64,000 nucleotides of DNA. It comes from Planctomycetota bacterium. Lineage in GTDB: Bacteria > Planctomycetota > UBA1135 > UBA2386. The notes under the pieces are model-generated. The model saw only the letters and a program-made list of their open reading frames with translations. It made no database searches and was not told the DNA's origin. Position numbers and translations under genes: made by a program. Below, piece by piece: positions 52,237 to 60,720 of the stretch. Each line of letters opens with the position of its first letter. Position 1 is the stretch's first letter. The stretch covers positions 864,001 to 928,000 of the forward strand of contig JBKAGP010000001.1 in the NCBI GenBank assembly GCA_046290465.1, written 5' to 3'.

Positions 52237-53472
52237 ATGCACGTCGTCTTCGTCGAACCCTGTTTCCCGGCCAACCAGCGCGAGTTCCTGCGCGGCCTGT
52301 TGAGCACCGGCGCCCGCGTCTCCGCGATCAGCGAACGTCCGGTCGAGGCACTGCCGGCCGAGCTGCGCGAAGGGCTGTTCCAGTTCGAGCGCGTGCGTTC
52401 GGTCGTCGACGAACGGGCGATGGCCGACGCCGTCAAGCGGCTGTCGGCGCGCGTCAAGGTCGACCGCCTCGAGGCGACCGTCGAGGCCCACGTGATGGCC
52501 GCAGCGCACGTGCGCGAGCACCTCGGCATCCCCGGCACGACGTCGAAGACCGCCTGGCTGTGCCGCGACAAGCCGGCGATGAAGGACGCGGTGCGCGCCG
52601 CCGGCATCGCCTGCGCGGCGTCGGCGCGCGTGACCTCGGTCGACGACGCGGTGGCGTTCGCCAACGAGACCGGCTACCCGCTGATCCTGAAGCCGCTGGA
52701 CGCAGCCGGGGCGTCGGGCACCCACCGCGTCGACGACGACGAGCAGCTGCACGCGGTGCTCGACGAGCTGCGCGTCGCCGCCGGCCGCGAGGTCGCGATC
52801 GAGGAGTTCCTGACCGGCCACGAGGGCTTCTACGACACCCTGGCGGTCTGCGGCAAGGTCGTGCTCGACTTCGCCTGCCACTACTACCCGAACGTGCTCG
52901 AGGCGATGCGCACGCGCTGGATCTCGCCGCAGATCGTGGTCACCAACCGCATCGACCACGACAGCTACGGCGAGGTGCGCCGGATGGGCCAGCAGGTCAT
53001 CGACGCGCTCGGCATCTGGACGTCCCCGACCCACATGGAGTGGTTCGCCGGCACCGGCGCCGACGGCAGCGGCGGCCTGAAGTTCTCCGAGATCGGCTGC
53101 CGCCCGCCCGGCGTCGGCGTCTGGGACCTCTACTGCGCCGCCAACGAGTTCGACCTGTTCGCCGCCTGGGCGCACGCGATCGTGCACGAGAGCGTGCCGT
53201 TCCGCGCCTCGCGCAAGTACGCCGCCGGCATGATCGCGCTGCGCCCCGACCAGGACGGCACCATCACCCACTACGACGGCATCGAGCAGATGCAGCAGGA
53301 GTTCGGCGACTGCATCATCGACCACCACTTCCCGCCGCAGGGCAGCCCAACCCAGAGCGTCGAGGGCGGCTACATGGCCAACGCCTGGGTCCGCCTCAAG
53401 CACCCCGACTACGACCACCTGCGCAGCATGATGAACCGCATCGGCGAACTCGTCCAACTCCACGCCCGCTGA
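52237..53472 (+). CDS. ATP-grasp domain ligase, paralog 3
   Basis: RDKPAMK; GYPLILKPLDAAGA; EEFLTGHE; THMEWF; SEIGCRPPG; 10 bp after the glgA stop. Confidence 0.88.
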   Translation: MHVVFVEPCFPANQREFLRGLLSTGARVSAISERPVEALPAELREGLFQFERVRSVVDERAMADAVKRLSARVKVDRLEATVEAHVMAAAHVREHLGIPGTTSKTAWLCRDKPAMKDAVRAAGIACAASARVTSVDDAVAFANETGYPLILKPLDAAGASGTHRVDDDEQLHAVLDELRVAAGREVAIEEFLTGHEGFYDTLAVCGKVVLDFACHYYPNVLEAMRTRWISPQIVVTNRIDHDSYGEVRRMGQQVIDALGIWTSPTHMEWFAGTGADGSGGLKFSEIGCRPPGVGVWDLYCAANEFDLFAAWAHAIVHESVPFRASRKYAAGMIALRPDQDGTITHYDGIEQMQQEFGDCIIDHHFPPQGSPTQSVEGGYMANAWVRLKHPDYDHLRSMMNRIGELVQLHAR

Positions 53473-53559
53473 CACCGCATACCGAACCGGGTTCATCCTG
53501 CGCCACTTGCTCCGCCGACGCCGCGCGCACGCGAGGCAGACCCCGTCACCGAACGAAGA

Positions 53560-54294
53560 TCACGCGTCGGTCGGGAACCGGAAGCACTTCACCGTGATCC
53601 CGGTCGCCCGCATCGCCACCGCGCCGACGAACTCCGGCCCCGGCGAGACGTCCAGCATCGACCACTGCTGCGGGTCCTCGCGGCCGTCGTGGCAGGCCAG
53701 GAACTTCGGCTCCTCGCACAGGCTGACGTCGAACGAGTCGAGCGCCATCGACAGGCCTTCGCCGAGCGCCTTGATGTAGGCCTCCTTGCGGGTCCAGCAG
53801 CGGTAGAACGCCAGCTCGCGGTCGCCTTCGTGCAGGCGCTCGAGCGCGCCGAACTCGGTGTCCGAGAAGTGCCGCTGCGCGATCTGGGTCAGGCTCTCGA
53901 GGTGCCGCACCTTCTCCACGTCCAGGCCGAGCTCGGTGGCGGCGACCCCGATCAACGCCAGCTTGCCTGAGTGCGACAGGTTGAAGAACAGTCCGTCGCC
54001 GTCGAGGTAGGGCTTGCCGCGCGGACCCTGCCGGAACGCGATCTCGCGCGGATCGCGGTCGAGGTAGCCGCCGAGGATGCGCCGCAGCGCGCCGTGGCCG
54101 ATCTGGTAGCGACGCTGGTGGTCGGCGAAGCGGAACCGACGCAGCCGTTCGTGTTCGGACGACGACAAGAGCTCGCCGAACGGCGCCGGGTCGCCGTGCA
54201 GCGGCACCGCCCAGACGTGCACCTCCGTGGCGCCGAGAGGGGGCGAACCGGGGTCGGTCGGGGCGAACGTCGGGTGCAGCGCGTTGTCGTCCAT
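53560..54294 (-). CDS. Sfp-type 4'-phosphopantetheinyl transferase
   Basis: GKPYL; FNLSHSG; LGLDVE; FYRCWTRKEAYIKALGEGL. Confidence 0.93.
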   Translation of the reverse strand: MDDNALHPTFAPTDPGSPPLGATEVHVWAVPLHGDPAPFGELLSSSEHERLRRFRFADHQRRYQIGHGALRRILGGYLDRDPREIAFRQGPRGKPYLDGDGLFFNLSHSGKLALIGVAATELGLDVEKVRHLESLTQIAQRHFSDTEFGALERLHEGDRELAFYRCWTRKEAYIKALGEGLSMALDSFDVSLCEEPKFLACHDGREDPQQWSMLDVSPGPEFVGAVAMRATGITVKCFRFPTDA

Positions 54295-54339
54295 GCGGAG
54301 AGGTCCGACAGCCTACCCCGCGACCCGCGCAAAGGCACG

Positions 54340-56235
54340 TCAGCGGGCCTGCATCGAGAACGGCGGCGCCGGCAGGCCGTGCTCGTCGGCGAGCGTCCAC
54401 TTCGGCGCCTGGCTCCACGCGTAGCGCACCCGCACCGGCTCCGGCACGTCGGCGCTGCGCAGCACCACCGTACGCCCTTCGACCGACGCCTCGGCGCGGT
54501 ACCACGGTCCCTTCTGGGCCGCGATCCAGAAGCCGTCGCCGCCGTGCCGCAACTGCAGTTCGCCCTGCTCGTCGAACGTCACCCGCAGCGTGTCGTCAAG
54601 CCGCCGCGCCGACCGCGCCACCGGCCCCATCGCGTCGACCGCTTCGCCGTAGTGCTGCGCCAGCGCGTGGCGCGCCAGCCGTTCGCCGACCGGCGCCTTG
54701 TTGCGCGGATGGATGTCGCGCGGGTCACCGCAGTCGAGCGTCACCGCCATGCCGGTACCCGGCAGCTGCAGCGCTGCGGCCTGCGCCGCGCGCAGACGCG
54801 CCGTCAGAGCGCCGCCGTCCTTGCCGTATTCGAACGGCGCGATCTGCACGAAGTAGAACGGCAGGCTGGCGCCGATCGCACGCCGCCAGTCCCGGATCAT
54901 CGCCGGGAACAGCCGCGAATACTGCTCGGGGTTGCTGCGGTTGGACTCGCCCTGGTACCAGATCGCACCGGTGAACGCGAACGGCAGCAGCGGCTGCACC
55001 ATGCCGTTCCACAGCACCGCCGGGCGGTTGGGACCGCCGTTGCTGCGCGGCCACTTCGGCAGCGACGACAGGCTGGCACGGCGCGCGCGCTGCCAGCTCC
55101 CGGCCAGCGGCACCGCCCGCTCCGGCGCGTCCTTGCGCGACAGCTTCATCTGCTCGGGCCTGCCGGTGAAGCCGCCCTCCCCGCCGGTGTCGATCACGCA
55201 GACGCGCAGCGAGACCGCGCCGGTGGTGTTGGCCTCGGCCGGCACGACGTAGCGACGCGGCACGTTCCAGACGCCGTCGCGACGGCTGCCGGCGACGGCC
55301 TTGCCGTTCCAGAAGACGACGTCCATGTCGTCGATCGCGCCAAGTTCGAGCACCAGCTCGACGCCGACGAGGTCGTCGGGCAGCTGCAGCTCGCGCAGGT
55401 AGTCGACCGCGCCGTCGAAGCCGTCGAGCCCGGCCTGCGACCAGCGCTCCGGCAGCGTCACCTCGGTCGTGTGCAGCGGCTGGAATGCCTCCTCGAGCTG
55501 CTCGAAGAACAGCTCCCGCCGCGCGGCCACCAGCTTCTTGGCGGTGCCCTTGCTCTGCGCAATCAGCTGGTCGGCGAACTCCGGAAAGCGTGCGAGTCCC
55601 GGCGCGCTGGTCCACGCCTGGCAGACGGTGCCGCCCCACGAGCTGTCGACGATGCCGATCGGCCCCTTGCCGCGCCGCAGCAGTTCGCGCGCGAAGTAGA
55701 AGCCGACCGCGGTGAACTTCGGCGCGGTCGCGGGCGTGCAGACCACCCACTCGCCACGCACGTCCTTCGCGGGCGTGTCGCCGGTGGCGCGCTCGACGGT
55801 GAACACGCGCAGCTCCGGCAGCTTTGCCGCGGCCGCGTCCTGCTCGGCGCCGTCGCAGCTCTCGAGCTTCCACTCCATGTTGGACTGCCCCGACGCCAGC
55901 CAGACGTCCCCGAACAGCACGTCGTCGATCTGCTGCCGCTCGTCGCCCGAGGTCAGCGTCAACCAACCCGACTCGCCGCGCGCCGGCGTCCTCAGCTCGA
56001 GGCTCCAGCGGCCCGAGCGGGCGACGCGCGTGCGCACCGCGTCGCCCCACGACGGCTCGACCACGACCTCGCGGCCGGGCGTGCCGAAGCCGTGCACCGG
56101 CACGGCCTGGGCGGCCGGCAGCACCATGTGGTCGCCGAAGATGGCCGCCGCCGCGAACGGCGCCTGCTGCGCCGCGAGGGCGCCGGTCAGGATCGGGAGG
56201 ATGGCGAACGAGACCGACGGAAGGAAGCGCAGCAC
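54340..56235 (-). CDS. Sialate O-acetylesterase (SASA domains) with inserted sugar-binding domain
   Basis: IFGDHMVL; GDVWLASGQSNME; SWGGT; WYQGESN; FYFVQIA; DIHPRNK; VRYAW. Confidence 0.9.
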   Translation of the reverse strand: MLRFLPSVSFAILPILTGALAAQQAPFAAAAIFGDHMVLPAAQAVPVHGFGTPGREVVVEPSWGDAVRTRVARSGRWSLELRTPARGESGWLTLTSGDERQQIDDVLFGDVWLASGQSNMEWKLESCDGAEQDAAAAKLPELRVFTVERATGDTPAKDVRGEWVVCTPATAPKFTAVGFYFARELLRRGKGPIGIVDSSWGGTVCQAWTSAPGLARFPEFADQLIAQSKGTAKKLVAARRELFFEQLEEAFQPLHTTEVTLPERWSQAGLDGFDGAVDYLRELQLPDDLVGVELVLELGAIDDMDVVFWNGKAVAGSRRDGVWNVPRRYVVPAEANTTGAVSLRVCVIDTGGEGGFTGRPEQMKLSRKDAPERAVPLAGSWQRARRASLSSLPKWPRSNGGPNRPAVLWNGMVQPLLPFAFTGAIWYQGESNRSNPEQYSRLFPAMIRDWRRAIGASLPFYFVQIAPFEYGKDGGALTARLRAAQAAALQLPGTGMAVTLDCGDPRDIHPRNKAPVGERLARHALAQHYGEAVDAMGPVARSARRLDDTLRVTFDEQGELQLRHGGDGFWIAAQKGPWYRAEASVEGRTVVLRSADVPEPVRVRYAWSQAPKWTLADEHGLPAPPFSMQAR

Positions 56236-56279
56236 GATGCTCGGACTCTACCCGCAGCCCGATCTTCCCGGCGACCCCG

Positions 56280-57293
56280 TCACGGCAGCAGCCGGCCGAC
56301 GCGGCCGTTCGCGCCGCAGGCCCAGACCGCGCCGTCGGGCGCGCGCGCGACGCTGTGGAACGGCGTCTCGCCGAACCCGGCGAACGTGCGGCCGCCGTCG
56401 CGCGACCAGCTGGCGCCGTGCGAACCGACCGCCAGCACGTCCTGCGAGGAGATCCACGCGACCCCCGAGCGGTAGCCGAGCGCGTCCGAGGCCTGCCAGG
56501 TGCGGCCACCGTCGTCGCTGGTCGCCGCAGTGCCGTCGGCGACCTCGGGCCTGGTGTAGTCACCGCCGACGACGACGCCGCGCGCGCCGTTCCACGCCAC
56601 CGAGAACGCGCCGCGCGCCGGCGCGCCATGCTGCAGCGGCAGGCCGACGCTCTGGTGGCGCACGCCCGGATCGAACCAGATGTGCCGGCACGGACCACCG
56701 CCGGTCACCAGCGAAAAGTTCCGGGGACCGACGACCAGGCACGTGCCGCTGGCCGCGAACGCCGCCTCGCCGTCGCCGGGCGCCGGCAGCGCCGGGTCGG
56801 GCACGTCGCGCCAGCTGCGGCCGGCGTCGAACGACTCGAGCAGGCACAGCCGGCCGTCGATCGCATCGCCGAACACCACGCCGTGCTCGCCGTCGAACGC
56901 GACCGCGTCGAAGAACGCCGGCTGGCGCGGATCCTCGTGCACCAGCCGCCAGGAGACGCCCCCGTCGACGGTGCGGTAGAGGCGCGCCGGCTGGCCGGCG
57001 ACCATCGCCACGACCACGTCCGCGGTGATCGCCTCGACGTCGCGGAAGTCGCAGCCGACGGATCCCGGCGGCGCGACGTCCAGCCAGGTCCGGCCGCCGT
57101 CGACCGTCTTGCGCAACGTGCCGTTGGCGCCGCCGACGTAGCAGATCCGTTCGCTGACCGCGGCGAGCCCGCGCAGGCTCTGCTCGGCACCGCACGACGA
57201 GAGCTGCCACGACGCCGTGTCGAACGACGGCGCCGCCTGGCAGGCGACCAACAGCAGCGAGACGGCGAGCGACGCGGAGCGCGAGCGGGTCAT
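56280..57293 (-). CDS. BNR/Asp-box (YCF48-like) beta-propeller lipoprotein
   Basis: Lipobox LLVAC; repeated T/SxDGGxTW; DFRDV; AFAASGT. Confidence 0.85.
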   Translation of the reverse strand: MTRSRSASLAVSLLLVACQAAPSFDTASWQLSSCGAEQSLRGLAAVSERICYVGGANGTLRKTVDGGRTWLDVAPPGSVGCDFRDVEAITADVVVAMVAGQPARLYRTVDGGVSWRLVHEDPRQPAFFDAVAFDGEHGVVFGDAIDGRLCLLESFDAGRSWRDVPDPALPAPGDGEAAFAASGTCLVVGPRNFSLVTGGGPCRHIWFDPGVRHQSVGLPLQHGAPARGAFSVAWNGARGVVVGGDYTRPEVADGTAATSDDGGRTWQASDALGYRSGVAWISSQDVLAVGSHGASWSRDGGRTFAGFGETPFHSVARAPDGAVWACGANGRVGRLLP

Positions 57294-57310
57294 GCCGCCA
57301 TCGTGCCGCG

Positions 57311-59974
57311 TCAGCGGCGAGAGAACAGCTTGCGCATGCGCTCGCGCAGCTCGGGATCCTGGAGCCGCATCACCAGTTCGCCGAACTCGCCCCACAGCTC
57401 CCAGTCCACGCCGTCCATGCCCTGGCCGGGGCGCGTCCGGTCCGGGCGGCGACGGCTGCCGGGACCGGCAGCACCGCGCGGTCGTTGGCCGGGTTCGCCG
57501 GGCGGCGGCCCCTCGGCCTCGCCGTCCTGCTTACGCAGCGCGTAGTGCCGCTCGAACAGGTCCATCGCCAGCCGTGCCTGCTCCAGCGCCGCGTCGCGAT
57601 CGCCGTCCGCCAGCAGGAACTTGCCGAGCGTGCCGCGGCCGCCGAGCACCGCCAGGAAGAAGCGCGGGTCGCGCAGGTCGTCCTGCACCGCCCGCTCGCC
57701 GACGACCAGCGCCGCGCGGATGCGATCGTGCGCCAGCTGGGCGCGCGCGGCCCGCTCTTCGCCCTCCAGGCGCTGCGAGCTGCGGTAGAGTTCCCCGGCA
57801 TAGCGGGTGCGGACCCGCAGCAGCATCGAACGGTACTCGCGGAACAACGGCTGAGCGGCGACCAGCTGGGCGGCCATCTCGTCGGCGGCGGCCAGCTCCG
57901 ACAGCGACGCCCCGCGCCCGCGCCGCGCCATCACCGCCTGGCAGTATTCGAACCGGAACTCGAGCCGTTCGGGGTGTTCGGTCGCCAGCGAACGGAAGAT
58001 CGCGACGACCTCGTCCTCGACCACCCGGCCGTCCGGCCCGCGCGCGTCCTCGCGCAGGCAGCGCGCATGCAGCGCCCGCACCTCGGGGTCGTCGCCGTCC
58101 TCGTCGAGCAGCCGCCCGAGCATCGCCATCGCGGCGACGAACTCCATCGAGCCCCAGGGGCCCTCGCGGCGGCGGTAGCGGCGGTGCTTGCTGCGATAGA
58201 GTTCGAACAGCACGGTCGCGCGACGCAGCCGGATCGCCGGCGTATCGGCGGCCGGCAGCTCCTGCAGCAGCGCCAGCGCCCGCTGGAAGTGCTCGGTCGC
58301 CTCGCGCGTGCTGCGCCGCCGCGCCGACAGCAGGCCCAGGTCGATGTGGACCTCCGCCCGGTCGCGACGCACGTCGCGGTCGTCGATGTTCGCGAAGCCC
58401 TCCAGCGCCCGTTCGAACGATTCGCGCGCGACCTCGAGGCTCTTCGGTTCGCCGAGCTGCGCGTGGATCGCGCCGACGCGGCGGTTGGCGCGCGCCGTCT
58501 CGTAGCGCAGCGACTGGCTGGTCGCGTTCTCGTTGGCGAAGCGATCGTAGAACGCCAGCATCTCCTGCAGCAGCACGACGTCGCGCTGCGACACCGCCGA
58601 CTGCACCACCACGGTCTCCTCACCGGTGTCGGGATCCGCCTCGAAGTCGAGCACCGGATCGCGACCGACCAGCGCGTCGAACACGTCGCCGAATGCGTCC
58701 AGGCTCAGCCGCAGGTTGTTCTCGGCCCGCTGGCCCTCCTTCTGGGCCAGCTGCAGCGCGTCCTGCGCGACCCCGTAGAACGCCCAGCCGCTGACCGCCG
58801 CCCCGACGATCGCGACGGCCGCCGCCGCGATCGCCGCCGACATGCCGCGGTTGCGGCGACACCAGCGCAGCACCAGCGACAGCGTCGACGGCCGCCGCGC
58901 CATGATCGGCCGGTCCTCGAGAAACGCCTCGAGGTCCTGCTGCAGCGCCTGCGCGTCCTGGTAGCGGTCGCGCGGATCGCGCGCCATCGCCTTGCCGATG
59001 ATCACCGCGAGGTCCTGCGGCACGTCCGGACAGGTGCGCTCCAGCGCCTCGACGCGGTGTTCGCGCACCAGCTCCATCAGTTCGCTGCGATGCCGGCCCT
59101 GGAACGCCGGGTGCAGCGTCAGCAGTTCGTAGAGCGTGACGCCGAGCGCGTAGACCTCGCTGCGAACGTCGTAGCTGCCGGCGAACTGCTCGGGCGCCAT
59201 GTACTGCAGCGTGCCCAGCAGGTCGCCGGAGTTGGTCAGCCCTTCGCTCTCCAGCGCCTTGGCCAGGCCGAAGTCCGTGACCCACAGGTTGTCCTCGTGG
59301 TCGAGCAGGAAGTTGCCCGGCTTGATGTCGCGGTGCAGCGTGCCGAGCCCGTGCGCGCAGTGCAGCGCGCCGGCCGCGGCCGCGCCGATGCGCGCGACGA
59401 ACCGCGCCCGGCTGGCCCACTGCCCGCTGCCCTGCGGCGGCTGCGCGCTCTGGGTCTCGCGCCAGCGGTCCAGGCTCTGCCCCTGGATGAACTGCATCGC
59501 ATACCAGTGGTAGCCGTCGCTCTCGCCGCTGCCGTAGACCGGCACGATGTTGGTGTGGTGCAGCCGCGCGGCGATCTGCGCCTCGCGGCGGAAGCGCTCC
59601 AGCTGGTTGCCGGTCAGCAGCGATGCCTGCGGCATCACCTTCAGCGCGACTCGGCGGTCGAGCGACTCCTGCACCGCTTCGAACACCACGCCCATGCCGC
59701 CGCGGCCGAGCTCGCGGTCGATGCGGAAGTCGCCGAGCCGCTCGAGCTTCGGCAGCGACACGCGCTGCTGGCTGGAGCCCGACGAGGCCCGTTCGCGCTT
59801 GACGTCCTCCAGCGCCAGCAGCGTCGGCAGCAGGTCGAGCAGCTGCTGCTCGTGCTCTGGGTGCTGCTCCGCGAACGTCTCGGGCGTCACCGGCTCACCT
59901 GCGCGGTGCAGCTCCAGGAAACGCTCGATCAACAGATCGAGCGGGTCCCGTGCGGACGACGCGTCGGCGCTCAC
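57311..59974 (-). CDS. Ser/Thr protein kinase with TM segment and TPR-like C-terminus
   Basis: LGRGGMGVVF; VALK; HRDIKPGN; DFG; GTLQYMAPE; GTGA-coupled to upstream ECF gene. Confidence 0.92.
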   Translation of the reverse strand: MSADASSARDPLDLLIERFLELHRAGEPVTPETFAEQHPEHEQQLLDLLPTLLALEDVKRERASSGSSQQRVSLPKLERLGDFRIDRELGRGGMGVVFEAVQESLDRRVALKVMPQASLLTGNQLERFRREAQIAARLHHTNIVPVYGSGESDGYHWYAMQFIQGQSLDRWRETQSAQPPQGSGQWASRARFVARIGAAAAGALHCAHGLGTLHRDIKPGNFLLDHEDNLWVTDFGLAKALESEGLTNSGDLLGTLQYMAPEQFAGSYDVRSEVYALGVTLYELLTLHPAFQGRHRSELMELVREHRVEALERTCPDVPQDLAVIIGKAMARDPRDRYQDAQALQQDLEAFLEDRPIMARRPSTLSLVLRWCRRNRGMSAAIAAAAVAIVGAAVSGWAFYGVAQDALQLAQKEGQRAENNLRLSLDAFGDVFDALVGRDPVLDFEADPDTGEETVVVQSAVSQRDVVLLQEMLAFYDRFANENATSQSLRYETARANRRVGAIHAQLGEPKSLEVARESFERALEGFANIDDRDVRRDRAEVHIDLGLLSARRRSTREATEHFQRALALLQELPAADTPAIRLRRATVLFELYRSKHRRYRRREGPWGSMEFVAAMAMLGRLLDEDGDDPEVRALHARCLREDARGPDGRVVEDEVVAIFRSLATEHPERLEFRFEYCQAVMARRGRGASLSELAAADEMAAQLVAAQPLFREYRSMLLRVRTRYAGELYRSSQRLEGEERAARAQLAHDRIRAALVVGERAVQDDLRDPRFFLAVLGGRGTLGKFLLADGDRDAALEQARLAMDLFERHYALRKQDGEAEGPPPGEPGQRPRGAAGPGSRRRPDRTRPGQGMDGVDWELWGEFGELVMRLQDPELRERMRKLFSRR

Positions 59975-60567
59975 GCCTCTCCGAGACCTCCCAGGTAGCC
60001 CTTGAGCCGACCGAGCGCCCGCACGTAGCGGTTGCTGGCGGCGTTCTCCTGGATGCCCAGAACGGTCGCGACGTCCTTGTTCGACAGGTCCTCGAAGTGT
60101 CGCAGCATCAGCACCTCACGGTCGATCTCGTCCATCTCCTGGAGCGCGCCTTCGATCTTGGTGCGGATCTCCTCGCGCATCATCGCGCGCGACGGGGACG
60201 TGATGTGTCCAACGAACAGACCCGACATCGTCCCACTTTGCGGCGCGGCCACTTCCTTGCCGGCGGTGCGCATCTTGGCGCCGAGGTGCTTGCGGTGCAG
60301 GTCGATCATCGTCTGCTGCGTGATCAGCCGGATCCACACCAGGAACGGCTTGTCGTCGTCGCGGTAGGCCTGCAGCCGCTTCTCGGCCTCCAGGAACGTC
60401 TCCTGCAGCACGTCGTCGGCGTCGATGCGGCCGACCAGGCGCGGGTCGAGGCGAAACTGCACCATGCGCGCCAGCCGGTCTCGGTGGTTCTCGAACAGCG
60501 GGCCCAGCGCCGCGTCCTCGCCACAGCGCAGCCGCTGCTCGAGCGGTTCGTCTTCGACAGGATCCAT
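59971..60567 (-). CDS. ECF sigma factor (planctomycete-type, kinase-associated)
   Basis: RDRLARMVQFRLDPRL..RIDADDVLQETF; TSPS; DREVLMLRHFEDLSN; RYVRAL. Confidence 0.9.
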   Translation of the reverse strand: MDPVEDEPLEQRLRCGEDAALGPLFENHRDRLARMVQFRLDPRLVGRIDADDVLQETFLEAEKRLQAYRDDDKPFLVWIRLITQQTMIDLHRKHLGAKMRTAGKEVAAPQSGTMSGLFVGHITSPSRAMMREEIRTKIEGALQEMDEIDREVLMLRHFEDLSNKDVATVLGIQENAASNRYVRALGRLKGYLGGLGEA

Positions 60568-60720
60568 CGTGCACGACAGTAGCCGCTGGCGCGGCGCCGG
60601 TTGCCTGCCGGTTCGTACTTCGTTGGTCGCGGTCACGCCGCCGGACGGCCACATGCTGCCTTCGCATCGGAATCCGCAAACGATCTGCCGTTCGCGGTGG
60701 GCGTCGCCGATGCGCTGCGT

